From: an uncultured Clostridia bacterium | Lineage (GTDB): Bacteria; Bacillota; Clostridia; Christensenellales; Aristaeellaceae | Assembly: GCA_934630975.1 (NCBI GenBank) | Contig: CAKTXH010000002.1 | Coordinates: 2,507-66,506, forward strand | DNA: 64,000 bases | Reading direction: 5' to 3' | In this document: positions 55,665 through 64,000 of the stretch, one piece after another | Numbering within the stretch: position 1 is the stretch's first letter | How the letters are laid out: each line of letters opens with the position of its first letter | The notes under the pieces: model-generated | Seen by the model: only the letters and a program-made list of their open reading frames with translations | The model's database searches: none | What the model was told of the DNA's origin: nothing | Translations under genes and position numbers: made by a program

Positions 55665-56684
55665 TTATTCCCGCTTTGTATAGAACGCGTCGAGAACAAA
55701 ATCGACGATGGACTGCTCGTCGGCGTGGAACTCCATAAACCCGTCTTCGCCGATCACATGATCGCCTTCCAGATATTGAACGGGTTCCACCTCGTAACTA
55801 TACGCCCGGTTGATCTCGTTGATCATCCGCCCCCGAACCATGTTCGTGGTCAGGTATGGCGTGAGCGTATCCAGCATGGTATTGACAAAGCCGCTGGATT
55901 CATCAATCTTTTCGCGGATCAGCGGCACGGCGGCATCCATAAAGATGCGCTGGCGCGTCATACGCGCCTCGTTCGTTCCGTCGGCCACGTCCGTGCGGCG
56001 GCGAACCAGCGTAACCGCCTGTTCGCCCGTCAGCGTGAGCGTCGCGCCCGCCCGCATCGTCGGGTCGGCCGTCGTGAAATCATCCTGAAGCGTCACCGTC
56101 ACGCCGCCGAGCAAATCGTTCAGCGCCGCAATCGCATCCAGCGGGATTTCCATATACAGCTCCAGCTCCGGGCAGCCGAGCAGACCCTGCACCGCGCTCA
56201 TCGTGTTCTTGCATCGCTCCTGCCTGTCCATGCCGTAACCGTGGGAAAGGCAGATCTGCATCACACGCGAACCCGCGTCGTTGCCGAACAAGCCGAGCAC
56301 GTTCACCGAGGTCATCGTGTCGCGGTCGATCTGCAATTGATGAATGGTCTTGTTTTTGTGATCCAGCACCAGCAGCAGCAGAAAATCGGATTGCCCGCCG
56401 TCTCGATAGCCCTTGATCTCGTCCGTTGATTGTTTGTCAATGCCGATCATCAGCAGCGAGGTCACGTTCATCTTCTGCTCATACGTCACGCCGCCGATTT
56501 CCACCGTCGGCACTTCGCCAAAGCCATCCGTCAGTTCGCCGCGCGTCTCCGTATATTTGTTCTTTTCCAAATACCGGCCGCCGACGTAACCCAGCGCAAC
56601 CAAAATCGCCAATCCGATAAGAACGGCGCCCGCCTTGAGCGCAAGCGTACGCCCGTCCTGCCTCTTAGGCCTGTAACGACCCAT
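55665..56684 (-). CDS. cpsA: LytR-CpsA-Psr (LCP) family glycopolymer ligase
   Basis: N-terminal TM anchor and LCP core LLMIGIDKQ...GQSDFLLLLVLD...IDRDT. RBS GGAGG. Confidence 0.85.
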   Translation of the reverse strand: MGRYRPKRQDGRTLALKAGAVLIGLAILVALGYVGGRYLEKNKYTETRGELTDGFGEVPTVEIGGVTYEQKMNVTSLLMIGIDKQSTDEIKGYRDGGQSDFLLLLVLDHKNKTIHQLQIDRDTMTSVNVLGLFGNDAGSRVMQICLSHGYGMDRQERCKNTMSAVQGLLGCPELELYMEIPLDAIAALNDLLGGVTVTLQDDFTTADPTMRAGATLTLTGEQAVTLVRRRTDVADGTNEARMTRQRIFMDAAVPLIREKIDESSGFVNTMLDTLTPYLTTNMVRGRMINEINRAYSYEVEPVQYLEGDHVIGEDGFMEFHADEQSIVDFVLDAFYTKRE

Positions 56685-56734
56685 TTTCCCGCTCCTCCGT
56701 GCGCATGCATCAGCCTTTTGCCATGCATGTCCAT

Positions 56735-56763
56735 ATTTTAGTTGATACTTACGTTTCTGTCAA
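56735..56763 (-). promoter_or_regulatory. Sigma-A promoter for the LCP gene
   Basis: Minus strand reads TTGACA (56758-56763), 17 nt, TAAAAT (56735-56740). Confidence 0.6.
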
Positions 56764-56802
56764 GAGGGTTTGCGCATGTTTCCGAACAATTGTAACGTAA
56801 TG

Positions 56803-59043
56803 TTACCAATCTTCCTGTGCGTTTTGGCGCTTCATTTCTTTCTGCCCCTGTTCGTACTGCGCGCGGTCAAAAACGCCGAACCTGCCCTTCTCGCTCTTCT
56901 TGATTCGGTACATGGCGTAATCGGCGCATTTGATCAAATCCATCATCTCCGTGCCGTCCTCCGGGTACCACGCGATGCCGCCGGAAACGTGGATGCGCGT
57001 CGCCGCGCCGTTGGGCAGGTTGAAATGGCTGTTCTCCACGCCGGAAATCAGCCGGTCAATCACCCGTTGCACCTCTTCTCGGGTCTCATAACCATAGATA
57101 AGGATGTTGAATTCGTCGCCAGATACCCGCGCGCAGAGCGTGCCGTCCGGGATGTTGCGCGTGAAGCAGATCGCCGCTTCGTGGATGTATCGGTCTCCCC
57201 ACTCGTGGCCGAACGTGTCGTTGGTGTGCTTGAGGTTATCCAGATCCATCATCACCACCGCAGCGTGCTTCATCTTATCGGGTTGATCGAATATCCGGCC
57301 CGCAAACCGATAGAACGCGCGGCGGTTGTAAAGCCCGGTCAGCAGGTCGTAATCGCGCTCCCGCTCGATGCGCATGCGTTCCCGCGTCGCCGTCGTCACA
57401 TCCTCGGCCAGCACAATCACGCGGCTTTCAATCTGCGTCTCTTTCAGGCGCACATAGCGCTCTTTGCCATCCAGCGAACGCACGTGCACCAGCGTGCTGT
57501 CGCCCTTCTTCTCCATCGCCATCACGTTTTTCGCCATCTGCTGGTGCAGGGTTTTGATTTTTCCCAGCGTCACGCTTCGCGCGTCGCCGCTCGGCACGCC
57601 CAGCAGCGGGAAGAAATTCTCCGTCGCAAACGCGGGCGCAACGTCCATATCCTTCGACGTATCGAATTCGCAGCCCGCGATATCCACGCTCGCCATATCC
57701 AGCATCCGCAGGAAGCGCGTCGATGTGTTGATGGTTTCGCGGCTCAGCCCGGCGAACGCCTTTGCGAAGTGATCCAGCTCACGGATGCCCGTGGCGGACA
57801 GGCGCGGGATGCCGTTTTCGCCCGTTCTGGCAATATCCACCTCTTTGGACAGCTTGGCAATCGGCTTGGAAATCCGCTGCGCGATCAAAACGCTGCCCAC
57901 CACGTCAAACAGGAGCATCAGCGCAATCGCCAGCAGGATCAGCCGTGCCACCCGGTCGGAGAACGCATACAGGCTTTGCGCCGAGGCCGCGCCCATCAGC
58001 ACCCAAACCTCGTTGTCAAACGTCGCGTTCATATCGTAGAGCGTCAGCTTCTGCTTCTGCGTGACGTATTTGCGCCCGTCCAGCTCAAAAATAGAGCTTT
58101 CGTCCTTGCCCGCCGTCAGCGTGAGCGTTTCTCCTCTGCGCACCTTCGTCTTGCCGCTGGTCAGCTTCACCGAAGCGCGGTTCGTCGTCTTGTCGTACAG
58201 CGCCAGCAGATAGCTGCCGTCCGTGTCAAAGCCCAGCTCGCTGTACGGGAGCTGCGTATACAGGTAATCATCCAGCAGCTCGATGCCCAGCACGCCGTAT
58301 ATCGTGCCGTTCTCGAGCATCAGCGGCATGGAGTACGTCAGCCCGGAAGGCAGGCTCGACTGCGCGCTGGAATTCCAGCAGCCATAGTCGTGCGCTTCCA
58401 GTCTGCGCGTCGAGCGATAGGCTTCCATATATGGTTTGCAGAAATAATCGCCGTAGGATGTGCCGAAGTTGTAGCGCGTGTCCCAGCCCGTGTCGGTCGA
58501 AATGTTCATGGCCTTGACGGTCGAAATCGGCGCACATTCCAGCAGCAGATCGTTGTACTGCGTCGTCGCGCTCACTGTTGGATCGAGATCGCGCACATGG
58601 AAACCCGTCTTGGATTGCACGTTGCCGTCCAGGCTCGACGTGCTGAAGATGACGTATACGCCGGAAACCCTGTTGCGGTACATCGTCTCGATCATGTCCC
58701 CGCTGATCATGCCGATCAGTTTGCTCGCCTCTTTGGAGCTGCTTTCCAGCTCGTCCAGCGACAGCACGCCCTCGTCAATCGCGGCCTGCGTCTTTTCGTT
58801 GATGTTTTCGGCCAGCACACCGATATCCGACCATTGCTGGGTCATCTGCGATTCCAGATAGGCGGCGCGGTTGGCCACCTGCTTGCTGAGGATGGAGCGC
58901 TCGTTGCTGTTCACCTGATCAAAAACGCCGCTCACATACAGAGAGGCCAGAAGAATTGCCGCTTGCAGCAAAATCAAAACCATAAGCGGCTGCATCACGG
59001 TGCAAAAGACGGTTTTGCCCTCTTTCTTCGGACTTTGTTTCAT
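56803..59043 (-). CDS. Membrane sensor diguanylate cyclase (periplasmic domain, HAMP, linker, GGDEF with SGDEF active site)
   Basis: Start trimmed to MKQSPKKEGK plus TM. About 300-aa extracytoplasmic domain, second TM and HAMP (LIAQRISKPIAKLSKEV). GGDEF domain (LTGLYNRRAF, DLDNLKHTNDTFGH, RVSGDEFNILI). No RxxD I-site. Confidence 0.9.
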   Translation of the reverse strand: MKQSPKKEGKTVFCTVMQPLMVLILLQAAILLASLYVSGVFDQVNSNERSILSKQVANRAAYLESQMTQQWSDIGVLAENINEKTQAAIDEGVLSLDELESSSKEASKLIGMISGDMIETMYRNRVSGVYVIFSTSSLDGNVQSKTGFHVRDLDPTVSATTQYNDLLLECAPISTVKAMNISTDTGWDTRYNFGTSYGDYFCKPYMEAYRSTRRLEAHDYGCWNSSAQSSLPSGLTYSMPLMLENGTIYGVLGIELLDDYLYTQLPYSELGFDTDGSYLLALYDKTTNRASVKLTSGKTKVRRGETLTLTAGKDESSIFELDGRKYVTQKQKLTLYDMNATFDNEVWVLMGAASAQSLYAFSDRVARLILLAIALMLLFDVVGSVLIAQRISKPIAKLSKEVDIARTGENGIPRLSATGIRELDHFAKAFAGLSRETINTSTRFLRMLDMASVDIAGCEFDTSKDMDVAPAFATENFFPLLGVPSGDARSVTLGKIKTLHQQMAKNVMAMEKKGDSTLVHVRSLDGKERYVRLKETQIESRVIVLAEDVTTATRERMRIERERDYDLLTGLYNRRAFYRFAGRIFDQPDKMKHAAVVMMDLDNLKHTNDTFGHEWGDRYIHEAAICFTRNIPDGTLCARVSGDEFNILIYGYETREEVQRVIDRLISGVENSHFNLPNGAATRIHVSGGIAWYPEDGTEMMDLIKCADYAMYRIKKSEKGRFGVFDRAQYEQGQKEMKRQNAQEDW

Positions 59044-59071
59044 GATGCCCCTCCGTTTCCTGCCCGGCGCG

Positions 59072-60499
59072 TTACTGCCCGACAATCTCGTTCAGCTCTG
59101 TCATGATCTGGGCGTACCACGCGTCAAAGCGTTCCTCGCTCACAAATTCCGCCGTGGCTTCTTCCAGCGTCGCGCCGTTTTCCATCGCTTCCACCACGCT
59201 CTGGCGATCCGCCTGCGCCGCGTCGCTCATGGAGTATTCCAGCTTCTTGCGGGCGGCCGTGCCGGTCTCAAACACCTTCGTCGTGTACAGCGTGTTCTGC
59301 TGCACAACCTGCACCGCCGTTTTCAGGCTGTCCCGAACGCCCTTCTTCATGTTCGGGCTGCCTTTTTCAATCTTGGCCATGTCGTTATCCGCCACCGTCA
59401 CCGGCAGATAGCCGGAACTGACGGAAAACTCGACCGCCCAGTCGCTCTGCGTGAACCATTTGAGGAAACGCGCGGCGGCCTCCACCTGCTCGTCGCTCTT
59501 GCGAATCACCACCATGCCCGCGCCCTGCTGCACGGCGTAATCCTCGCCGCCCTCAAACTTCGGCGCGGGGTAGGTCTTGACCTCGATGGAATAGCTTTCG
59601 TCGTCGCCGCTGGTCACATGATCCGGGAAGAACGTGCACCCGGCGGAAGAACCGACGAACGCAAGCACGTTGCCCGTCTTCATATCGTCGCTGCGGAAAC
59701 GGCCGGAGGATGCGAAGTAGCCCTTCACATACGGCACGTAGTAGTTATCCCAAAGCCGCTTCGCCACATCGCGCGGCAGATTCACGGTCGTCTGCCCGTC
59801 CTTCGTTTCGAAAACGTCGCAGCCCAACTGTTTCGCGCCGATGATCATGTAATTGGCCATCGCGTCGCGGCCAAAGAGCGCCTTGCCGTCGTTCGGTGTC
59901 TCCGTCAGGCTGTCCGTCCACTCGTAGTAGCGCTGCGCCATCGCAGTCAGCCCCTCGACAGTCGCGAACTCGTCGGCGCTCGTGCCCGTCGCTTCCGCGA
60001 ACTTCTGCCAGTCCGTGTCGTTAACCACCAGCAGCTCTGTCGCCTTCGCTACCGGGAATACCTTCACGCTGCCGTCGCCCTTGAAGTCGCCCTCGGTGAT
60101 GTAGCTTTCGATGTATTCCTTCTTATCCTTATCCGTCAGATACGGGCCGAGATCGGCAACGCGGCTCATGCTGTCCACCGCGTAGGCCGTATCCGCATAG
60201 GCCGAGAAAATATCCGGCACTTCCTGCGCGCCGACTTTGCCCTGCACCGCGTCTATCACGTTCTGTTCCAGATCGTCGACCGAACCGAGGCTCGACGCGG
60301 TGACGGTGATGCTGTTGTCCTTGCCTTCCGTCGCGTTAAACGCCTCCACAGCCTCGTTAAACGCGCCGAGCTGTTCGCCGTTGTAATATGTCCACACCGT
60401 CAGCGAAATCGGCTCTTTCTTCTTCGCGCAGCCCGTCATGCCGGCCAGTAGCGCGCAAAGGCACAGCAACCCCGCCGCCTTTTCCCATGTATTGCTCAT
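59072..60499 (-). CDS. ABC-type extracellular solute-binding lipoprotein (family 1, sugar type), with no adjacent permease
   Basis: Start trimmed to MSNTWEKAAGLLCLCALLAGMTGC (lipobox). SBP_bac_1-like length. Ends 28 nt before the GGDEF sensor start. Confidence 0.85.
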   Translation of the reverse strand: MSNTWEKAAGLLCLCALLAGMTGCAKKKEPISLTVWTYYNGEQLGAFNEAVEAFNATEGKDNSITVTASSLGSVDDLEQNVIDAVQGKVGAQEVPDIFSAYADTAYAVDSMSRVADLGPYLTDKDKKEYIESYITEGDFKGDGSVKVFPVAKATELLVVNDTDWQKFAEATGTSADEFATVEGLTAMAQRYYEWTDSLTETPNDGKALFGRDAMANYMIIGAKQLGCDVFETKDGQTTVNLPRDVAKRLWDNYYVPYVKGYFASSGRFRSDDMKTGNVLAFVGSSAGCTFFPDHVTSGDDESYSIEVKTYPAPKFEGGEDYAVQQGAGMVVIRKSDEQVEAAARFLKWFTQSDWAVEFSVSSGYLPVTVADNDMAKIEKGSPNMKKGVRDSLKTAVQVVQQNTLYTTKVFETGTAARKKLEYSMSDAAQADRQSVVEAMENGATLEEATAEFVSEERFDAWYAQIMTELNEIVGQ

Positions 60500-60602
60500 G
60501 TTCTCTTCCAACTTTCCTATCTTATGCCTCTTTGGACGCATAAATCAACATGAATTATAGCACACGCATCCTTTTATTTCAATAAAAACGTGAAAAACAC
60601 AC

Positions 60603-60632
60603 AAAAACGGGCCATCCTCTCCGATAGCCCGT
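60603..60632 (-). terminator. Intrinsic terminator after the aspartate kinase gene
   Basis: ACGGGC...GCCCGT stem with a T5 run on the minus strand (60603-60607). Confidence 0.6.
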
Positions 60633-60646
60633 TTCGTATTCGTTTC

Positions 60647-61978
60647 TTACCAGCGGTTCTCCTGGGTCACAAACGCCCGGTAAATCGCGCGCGTGGCAAC
60701 CTCGAAATCCAGATTATCCACGCCGACGATGATGTTCAGCTCGCTGGAACCCTGGTCGATCAGGCGCACGTTGACGCCCGCCTTCATCAGCGCGTTGAAC
60801 AGCCGCGCGGAAATGCCCTTGGAGCGAACCATGCCGCGGCCCACCGTCGCGATGAGCGCCAGGCCGGAGTGAATCTCCACCGTGTCCGGCGAGCAAAGCT
60901 CGTGAATCCGCTGCACCAGCTTTTCCTTCTTCCCCTCCAAGGCGCTTTCGTGCACCACCACGCACATCGTGTCGATGCCGCTGGGCATATGCTCGAAGGA
61001 AATGCCCTGCTCTTCCAGCGCTTGCAGCAGGCGGCGGCCAAAGCCGATTTCCGAGTTCATCATCGCCTTTTCCACGTTGATGATGGCGAAATCCTTGTGC
61101 CCCGCGATGCCGGTGATGGGGTATTCGCTCTCGTAATCCTCCGCCTCGTAGCAGATCACCGTGCCCGGCTCGTCGGGATGGTTCGTGTTGCGGATGTTCG
61201 TCGGGATGCCCGCAATGCGCACCGGGAAAATCGCGTCCTCATGCAGCACGCTTGCGCCCATGTAGGACAGCTCGCGCAGCTCCCGATAGGTCACGTAGCG
61301 GATCGGTTCGGGGTTGCGGACGATGCGCGGGTCGGCCATCAGGCAGCCGGAAACATCCGTCCAGTTTTCATATACGTCCGCGTTGACCGCGCGCGCGACG
61401 ATTGCGCCCGTGATGTCGCTGCCGCCGCGGGAGAAAGTTTTGACGTTGCCGTGCGTGTCGCAGCCGTAAAAGCCCGGCACAACGGCATGATCATGCCCCG
61501 CAAGCAGGCGGCTGAGCGCATCCTGCGTCTTGTCGCTGTCCAGCCGTCCCTCTTCGTCGAAGAAAATGCCCTGCTGCGGGTCGATGAAATCCCATCCGAG
61601 GTAATCCGCCAGCAGGATGCCGTTGAGGTATTCGCCCCGGCTGGCGGCGTAATCCGCGCCCGCGCCGAGCTGGATGTTGCGGCTCACCTCGTCCAGATGG
61701 CTGTCCAGATCGACCGTCAGTTCCAGCTCCCGCGCGATTTCGTGGTACCGCGCGCGAATCGTATCAAAAGCCTCCGCGAAATCGCTGCCGGATGCCGCGA
61801 GGCGGTTGCACTGATAAAACAGGTCGGTCACCTTGATATCGGTGGCGCCGCGTTTGCCCGGCGCGCTCGGCACCACGATGCGCCGATCCGCGTCGGAAAA
61901 CAGAATCTCCCTGACCTTTTTAAACTGCGCCGCATCGGCCAGCGAACTTCCGCCAAATTTTGCAACTTTCATACCCAT
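60647..61978 (-). CDS. Aspartate kinase with C-terminal ACT domains
   Basis: KVAKFGGSSLAD kinase N-terminus and SRGGSD motif. C-terminal ACT repeats. RBS GGAGGG. Confidence 0.9.
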   Translation of the reverse strand: MGMKVAKFGGSSLADAAQFKKVREILFSDADRRIVVPSAPGKRGATDIKVTDLFYQCNRLAASGSDFAEAFDTIRARYHEIARELELTVDLDSHLDEVSRNIQLGAGADYAASRGEYLNGILLADYLGWDFIDPQQGIFFDEEGRLDSDKTQDALSRLLAGHDHAVVPGFYGCDTHGNVKTFSRGGSDITGAIVARAVNADVYENWTDVSGCLMADPRIVRNPEPIRYVTYRELRELSYMGASVLHEDAIFPVRIAGIPTNIRNTNHPDEPGTVICYEAEDYESEYPITGIAGHKDFAIINVEKAMMNSEIGFGRRLLQALEEQGISFEHMPSGIDTMCVVVHESALEGKKEKLVQRIHELCSPDTVEIHSGLALIATVGRGMVRSKGISARLFNALMKAGVNVRLIDQGSSELNIIVGVDNLDFEVATRAIYRAFVTQENRW

Positions 61979-62068
61979 TCGGAAGCCCTCCGATTTTCTT
62001 CTTTTTCATTCTCCGGCCGCGTCGCCGGGGAATTTCGCAATCACCGTTTGAAATGTGAAGCAGATATC

Positions 62069-62097
62069 ATTCTAAAGAATGTGCCGCATAAAGTCAA
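62069..62097 (-). promoter_or_regulatory. Sigma-A promoter for the aspartate kinase gene
   Basis: Minus strand reads TTGACT (62092-62097), 17 nt, TAGAAT (62069-62074). Confidence 0.55.
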
Positions 62098-62246
62098 GAG
62101 TTATTCGCCCCTCGGCGCGAAAAATGCGTTTTTACACAAGATGACTCTCATTTTTTCGCGTTTTTCAGTGTATTCGGCGCTTTGGCATAGCCTTCCCGCC
62201 TAACGCATCCTATGCGCCTGCACCGCCCCGCGTGAGGCGCGGACGC

Positions 62247-62272
62247 AGAAAGGCGGGCTTCTCTGCCCGCCT
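62247..62272 (-). terminator. Weak intrinsic terminator after ytfJ
   Basis: AGGCGGGC (62251-62258) pairs with GCCCGCCT (62265-62272). Short TTTCT tract. Confidence 0.45.
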
Positions 62273-62691
62273 CATTCCTGATAAGCCGCCCGCACCGGAG
62301 ACGGTTTCGCGTTTTCCTCTTCGTCGCCCAGCCGCTTCCAGTTTTCAAGCGCCTGCGGGATCAGTTCCGCCACGCGCTCCATCGGCGAGGCGCTGCCCGC
62401 GCTGAGCAGCCGCACGCCGCTTTTGCCGCACACCAGAAAACCCATCGGATGAATACTCACGCCCGCGCCAGCTCCGCCGGCAAACGGCATGCCGTAAGCC
62501 CCGGCCTGCGCGCCGCTGACGGCATACTCTCCGCCGCCCGCAACAAAGCCGAACGCCACCCGCGAAATCGGGATGATCGTCGAACCGTCCTGCGTCTGCA
62601 CCGGGTCGCCGATTACCGTGTTCACATCCACCATATCCTTGATGTTATCCATTGAAACGCCCATCAGGCTCTCGATGGGATGCCGCTCCAT
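62272..62691 (-). CDS. ytfJ: Sporulation protein YtfJ (GerW family)
   Basis: Start trimmed to MERHPIESLMGVSMDNIKDMVDVNTVIGDPV. GFGFVAGGGEY-type glycine-rich repeats typical of YtfJ. Confidence 0.85.
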   Translation of the reverse strand: MERHPIESLMGVSMDNIKDMVDVNTVIGDPVQTQDGSTIIPISRVAFGFVAGGGEYAVSGAQAGAYGMPFAGGAGAGVSIHPMGFLVCGKSGVRLLSAGSASPMERVAELIPQALENWKRLGDEEENAKPSPVRAAYQE

Positions 62692-63209
62692 TGCAACCCC
62701 TCTTTTCGCTTCTTTTTCCCGGCTGCTTTCGCCGCCGCAAGCATAATATCGCCCACCCGCATGGAAACTATGCACCGCGCGCTGGCCGTCACATCCTGCG
62801 CGGCAAAATCCGCCATGACGCGAATGTCGCTGCACCCGGAGCGGCCCAGCCCCGCCAGCAGCCCGTCCGCCGCCGCGCGGATACCGCCCGCCGCCATCGC
62901 CGTCGCGCCCGCGTCCGTCAGCCCCGTCCGCACATGCAGCGCAATCAATTCCCAATCCGCCGCTTTCAGCACGGCGCGCGCCGTCGGCCAACCGTTTTTG
63001 AAGCTTTGCGCATCAGGCTTCTTTTTGAGACCGCGTATCGGAATTTTCAGCCGGATTTTCGCCTTTTCGATGCAGCCGCTTACGTGCACCGCAAGCATCA
63101 GCGCGCCGACGCTTGCGGAAAACTCCACCCGGCCTTCTCCCAGCCCCGCGCAGACCTCCGCCGTCACCCGGATGCACAAAAACAGGTACAGCGCAAGCAC
63201 CAGCGCCAC
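62664..63209 (-). CDS. YtfI-like sporulation membrane protein (DUF2953-like)
   Basis: GTG 63209 lies 7 nt after GGGAGGGA. N-terminal TM helix. Position immediately upstream of ytfJ, as in other spore formers. Confidence 0.6.
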   Translation of the reverse strand: MALVLALYLFLCIRVTAEVCAGLGEGRVEFSASVGALMLAVHVSGCIEKAKIRLKIPIRGLKKKPDAQSFKNGWPTARAVLKAADWELIALHVRTGLTDAGATAMAAGGIRAAADGLLAGLGRSGCSDIRVMADFAAQDVTASARCIVSMRVGDIMLAAAKAAGKKKRKEGLQWSGIPSRA

Positions 63210-63321
63210 CCGTGTCTCCCTCCCTTTTTGCCGAGTTCGGCGTTGCTTTTCACCTTTTCTTCCTGTATAATAACATCAGCCGCCGGAATTTATGCGCGGC
63301 CATCATCTCAGGAGGGCAATC

Positions 63322-64000
63322 ATGAAGCTGATTTCGTGGAATGTCAACGGCCTTCGCGCCTGTCTGGGCAAGGGCTTTGCCGATTATTTTGCGCAGCAGG
63401 ACGCGGATTTTTTCTGCTTGCAGGAAACCAAGATGCAGCCCGGTCAGGCGCAGATTCCCGCGCCGGGTTATGTGGAATTCTTCAACTCTGCCGAGAAAAA
63501 GGGCTATTCCGGCACGGCGATTCTCGCCAAACAGTCTCCGCTTTCGGCCAAGCTGGGCATGGGCAGCGACCTGCACGACCATGAAGGACGGCTGATTACG
63601 CTCGAATACGAAAACTTTTTCCTCGTCACGGTGTACACGCCCAACAGCCAGCGCGGCCTGACCCGGCTGATGTATCGGATGTGCTGGGAGGAGGATTTCC
63701 GCCTCTATCTCAAAAAGCTGGACGAGCAGAAACCCGTCATCATCTGCGGCGATATGAACGTCGCGCATCGGGAAATCGACCTCAAAAACCCCAAGACGAA
63801 CGTGAATAACGCGGGCTTCACCCCGCAGGAGCGCGGCGCAATGACCAAGCTGCTGGAAAGCGGATTTGTCGATACCTTCCGCTATCTCTACCCCGATGCA
63901 GCGGGCCGTTACAGTTGGTGGAGCTACATGTTCAACGCCCGCGCCAACAACGCGGGGTGGCGCATCGACTACTTCCTCGTTTCCGACCGTATCAAGGATA
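63322..64000 (+). CDS. xth: Exodeoxyribonuclease III (partial, runs off the window)
   Basis: My translation from ATG 63322 (RBS GGAGGG) gives MKLISWNVNGLRA...FFCLQETK...ICGDMNVAH...WWSYMFNARANNAGWRIDYF, which are ExoIII/APE1 family motifs. Absent from the ORF track because it has no stop in the window. Confidence 0.9.
   Translation, partial: MKLISWNVNGLRACLGKGFADYFAQQDADFFCLQETKMQPGQAQIPAPGYVEFFNSAEKKGYSGTAILAKQSPLSAKLGMGSDLHDHEGRLITLEYENFFLVTVYTPNSQRGLTRLMYRMCWEEDFRLYLKKLDEQKPVIICGDMNVAHREIDLKNPKTNVNNAGFTPQERGAMTKLLESGFVDTFRYLYPDAAGRYSWWSYMFNARANNAGWRIDYFLVSDRIKD

Noticed and set aside
56770-59106. 778-aa plus-strand ORF opposite the GGDEF sensor. The same applies to 2871-4850, 17411-18994, 46602-48422, 60590-62203, 37611-38699 and 67-972.
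   Set aside because: All are antisense or overlapping frames of confidently assigned genes, with arginine-rich low-complexity translations. I treat them as GC-content artefacts.
61979-62068. Lysine riboswitch (L-box) or T-box in the leaders of the aspartate kinase gene and lysA (12602-12647)
   Set aside because: The leaders are only about 85 nt and 45 nt after the predicted promoters. They lack the multi-helix L-box core or a T-box specifier/antiterminator, and no terminator hairpin with a U-tract is present.
1-64000. CRISPR arrays, rRNA genes and insertion sequences
   Set aside because: Reading both strands, I found no regularly spaced direct repeats, no rRNA-like conserved segments, and no transposase-like ORFs or terminal inverted repeats.

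Overview
GC-rich chromosomal window that looks like a spore-forming, Clostridia-type Firmicute. This is inferred from the spoIIIA operon, ytfI/ytfJ, Gram-positive CpsA-D type genes and a bile-salt-hydrolase-like gene. I support about 60 protein genes, mostly on the minus strand, and one tRNA-Leu(CAG). I saw no rRNA, CRISPR array, transposase or integrase. Gene order: spoIIIAG'-AF-AE-AD-AC-AB-AA, thiI plus cysteine desulfurase, then scattered housekeeping genes (M20 peptidase, serine hydrolase, lysA-type decarboxylase, tadA, degV, ParB-like, comEC, MATE). Next is a translationally coupled glycan-decoration operon of four GT2 genes, a pyruvyl transferase and an FrhB-like Fe-S protein. It is followed by ansA, panE, nfo, ctpA, a PucR regulator, an orphan MsmX-like ABC ATPase, hom, coaX and an ECF S-component. 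tRNA-Leu is followed by a duplicated tRNA 3' end and a lower-GC islet (Zn-ribbon peptide, C-N hydrolase, galM, GNAT, methyltransferase, TetR). Then come sufCBDSU and a dense signalling and exopolysaccharide-control neighbourhood. That neighbourhood holds an HK-like protein with no phospho-His and no ATPase domain but with a receiver domain, a bsh-like hydrolase, REC-HD-GYP-GGDEF with a coupled HPt gene, CpsB/CpsD/CpsC, a secreted protein, an LCP protein, and a GGDEF sensor with an orphan solute-binding protein. The window ends with aspartate kinase, ytfJ/ytfI-like genes and a partial xth. The best candidates for new biology are the phosphorelay/c-di-GMP/tyrosine-kinase hub at 46.7-60.5 kb and the tRNA-Leu att-like element with its islet. 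All functional calls rest on motif recognition by eye, because no database search was possible. Many long ORFs in the track are antisense artefacts of the high GC content.
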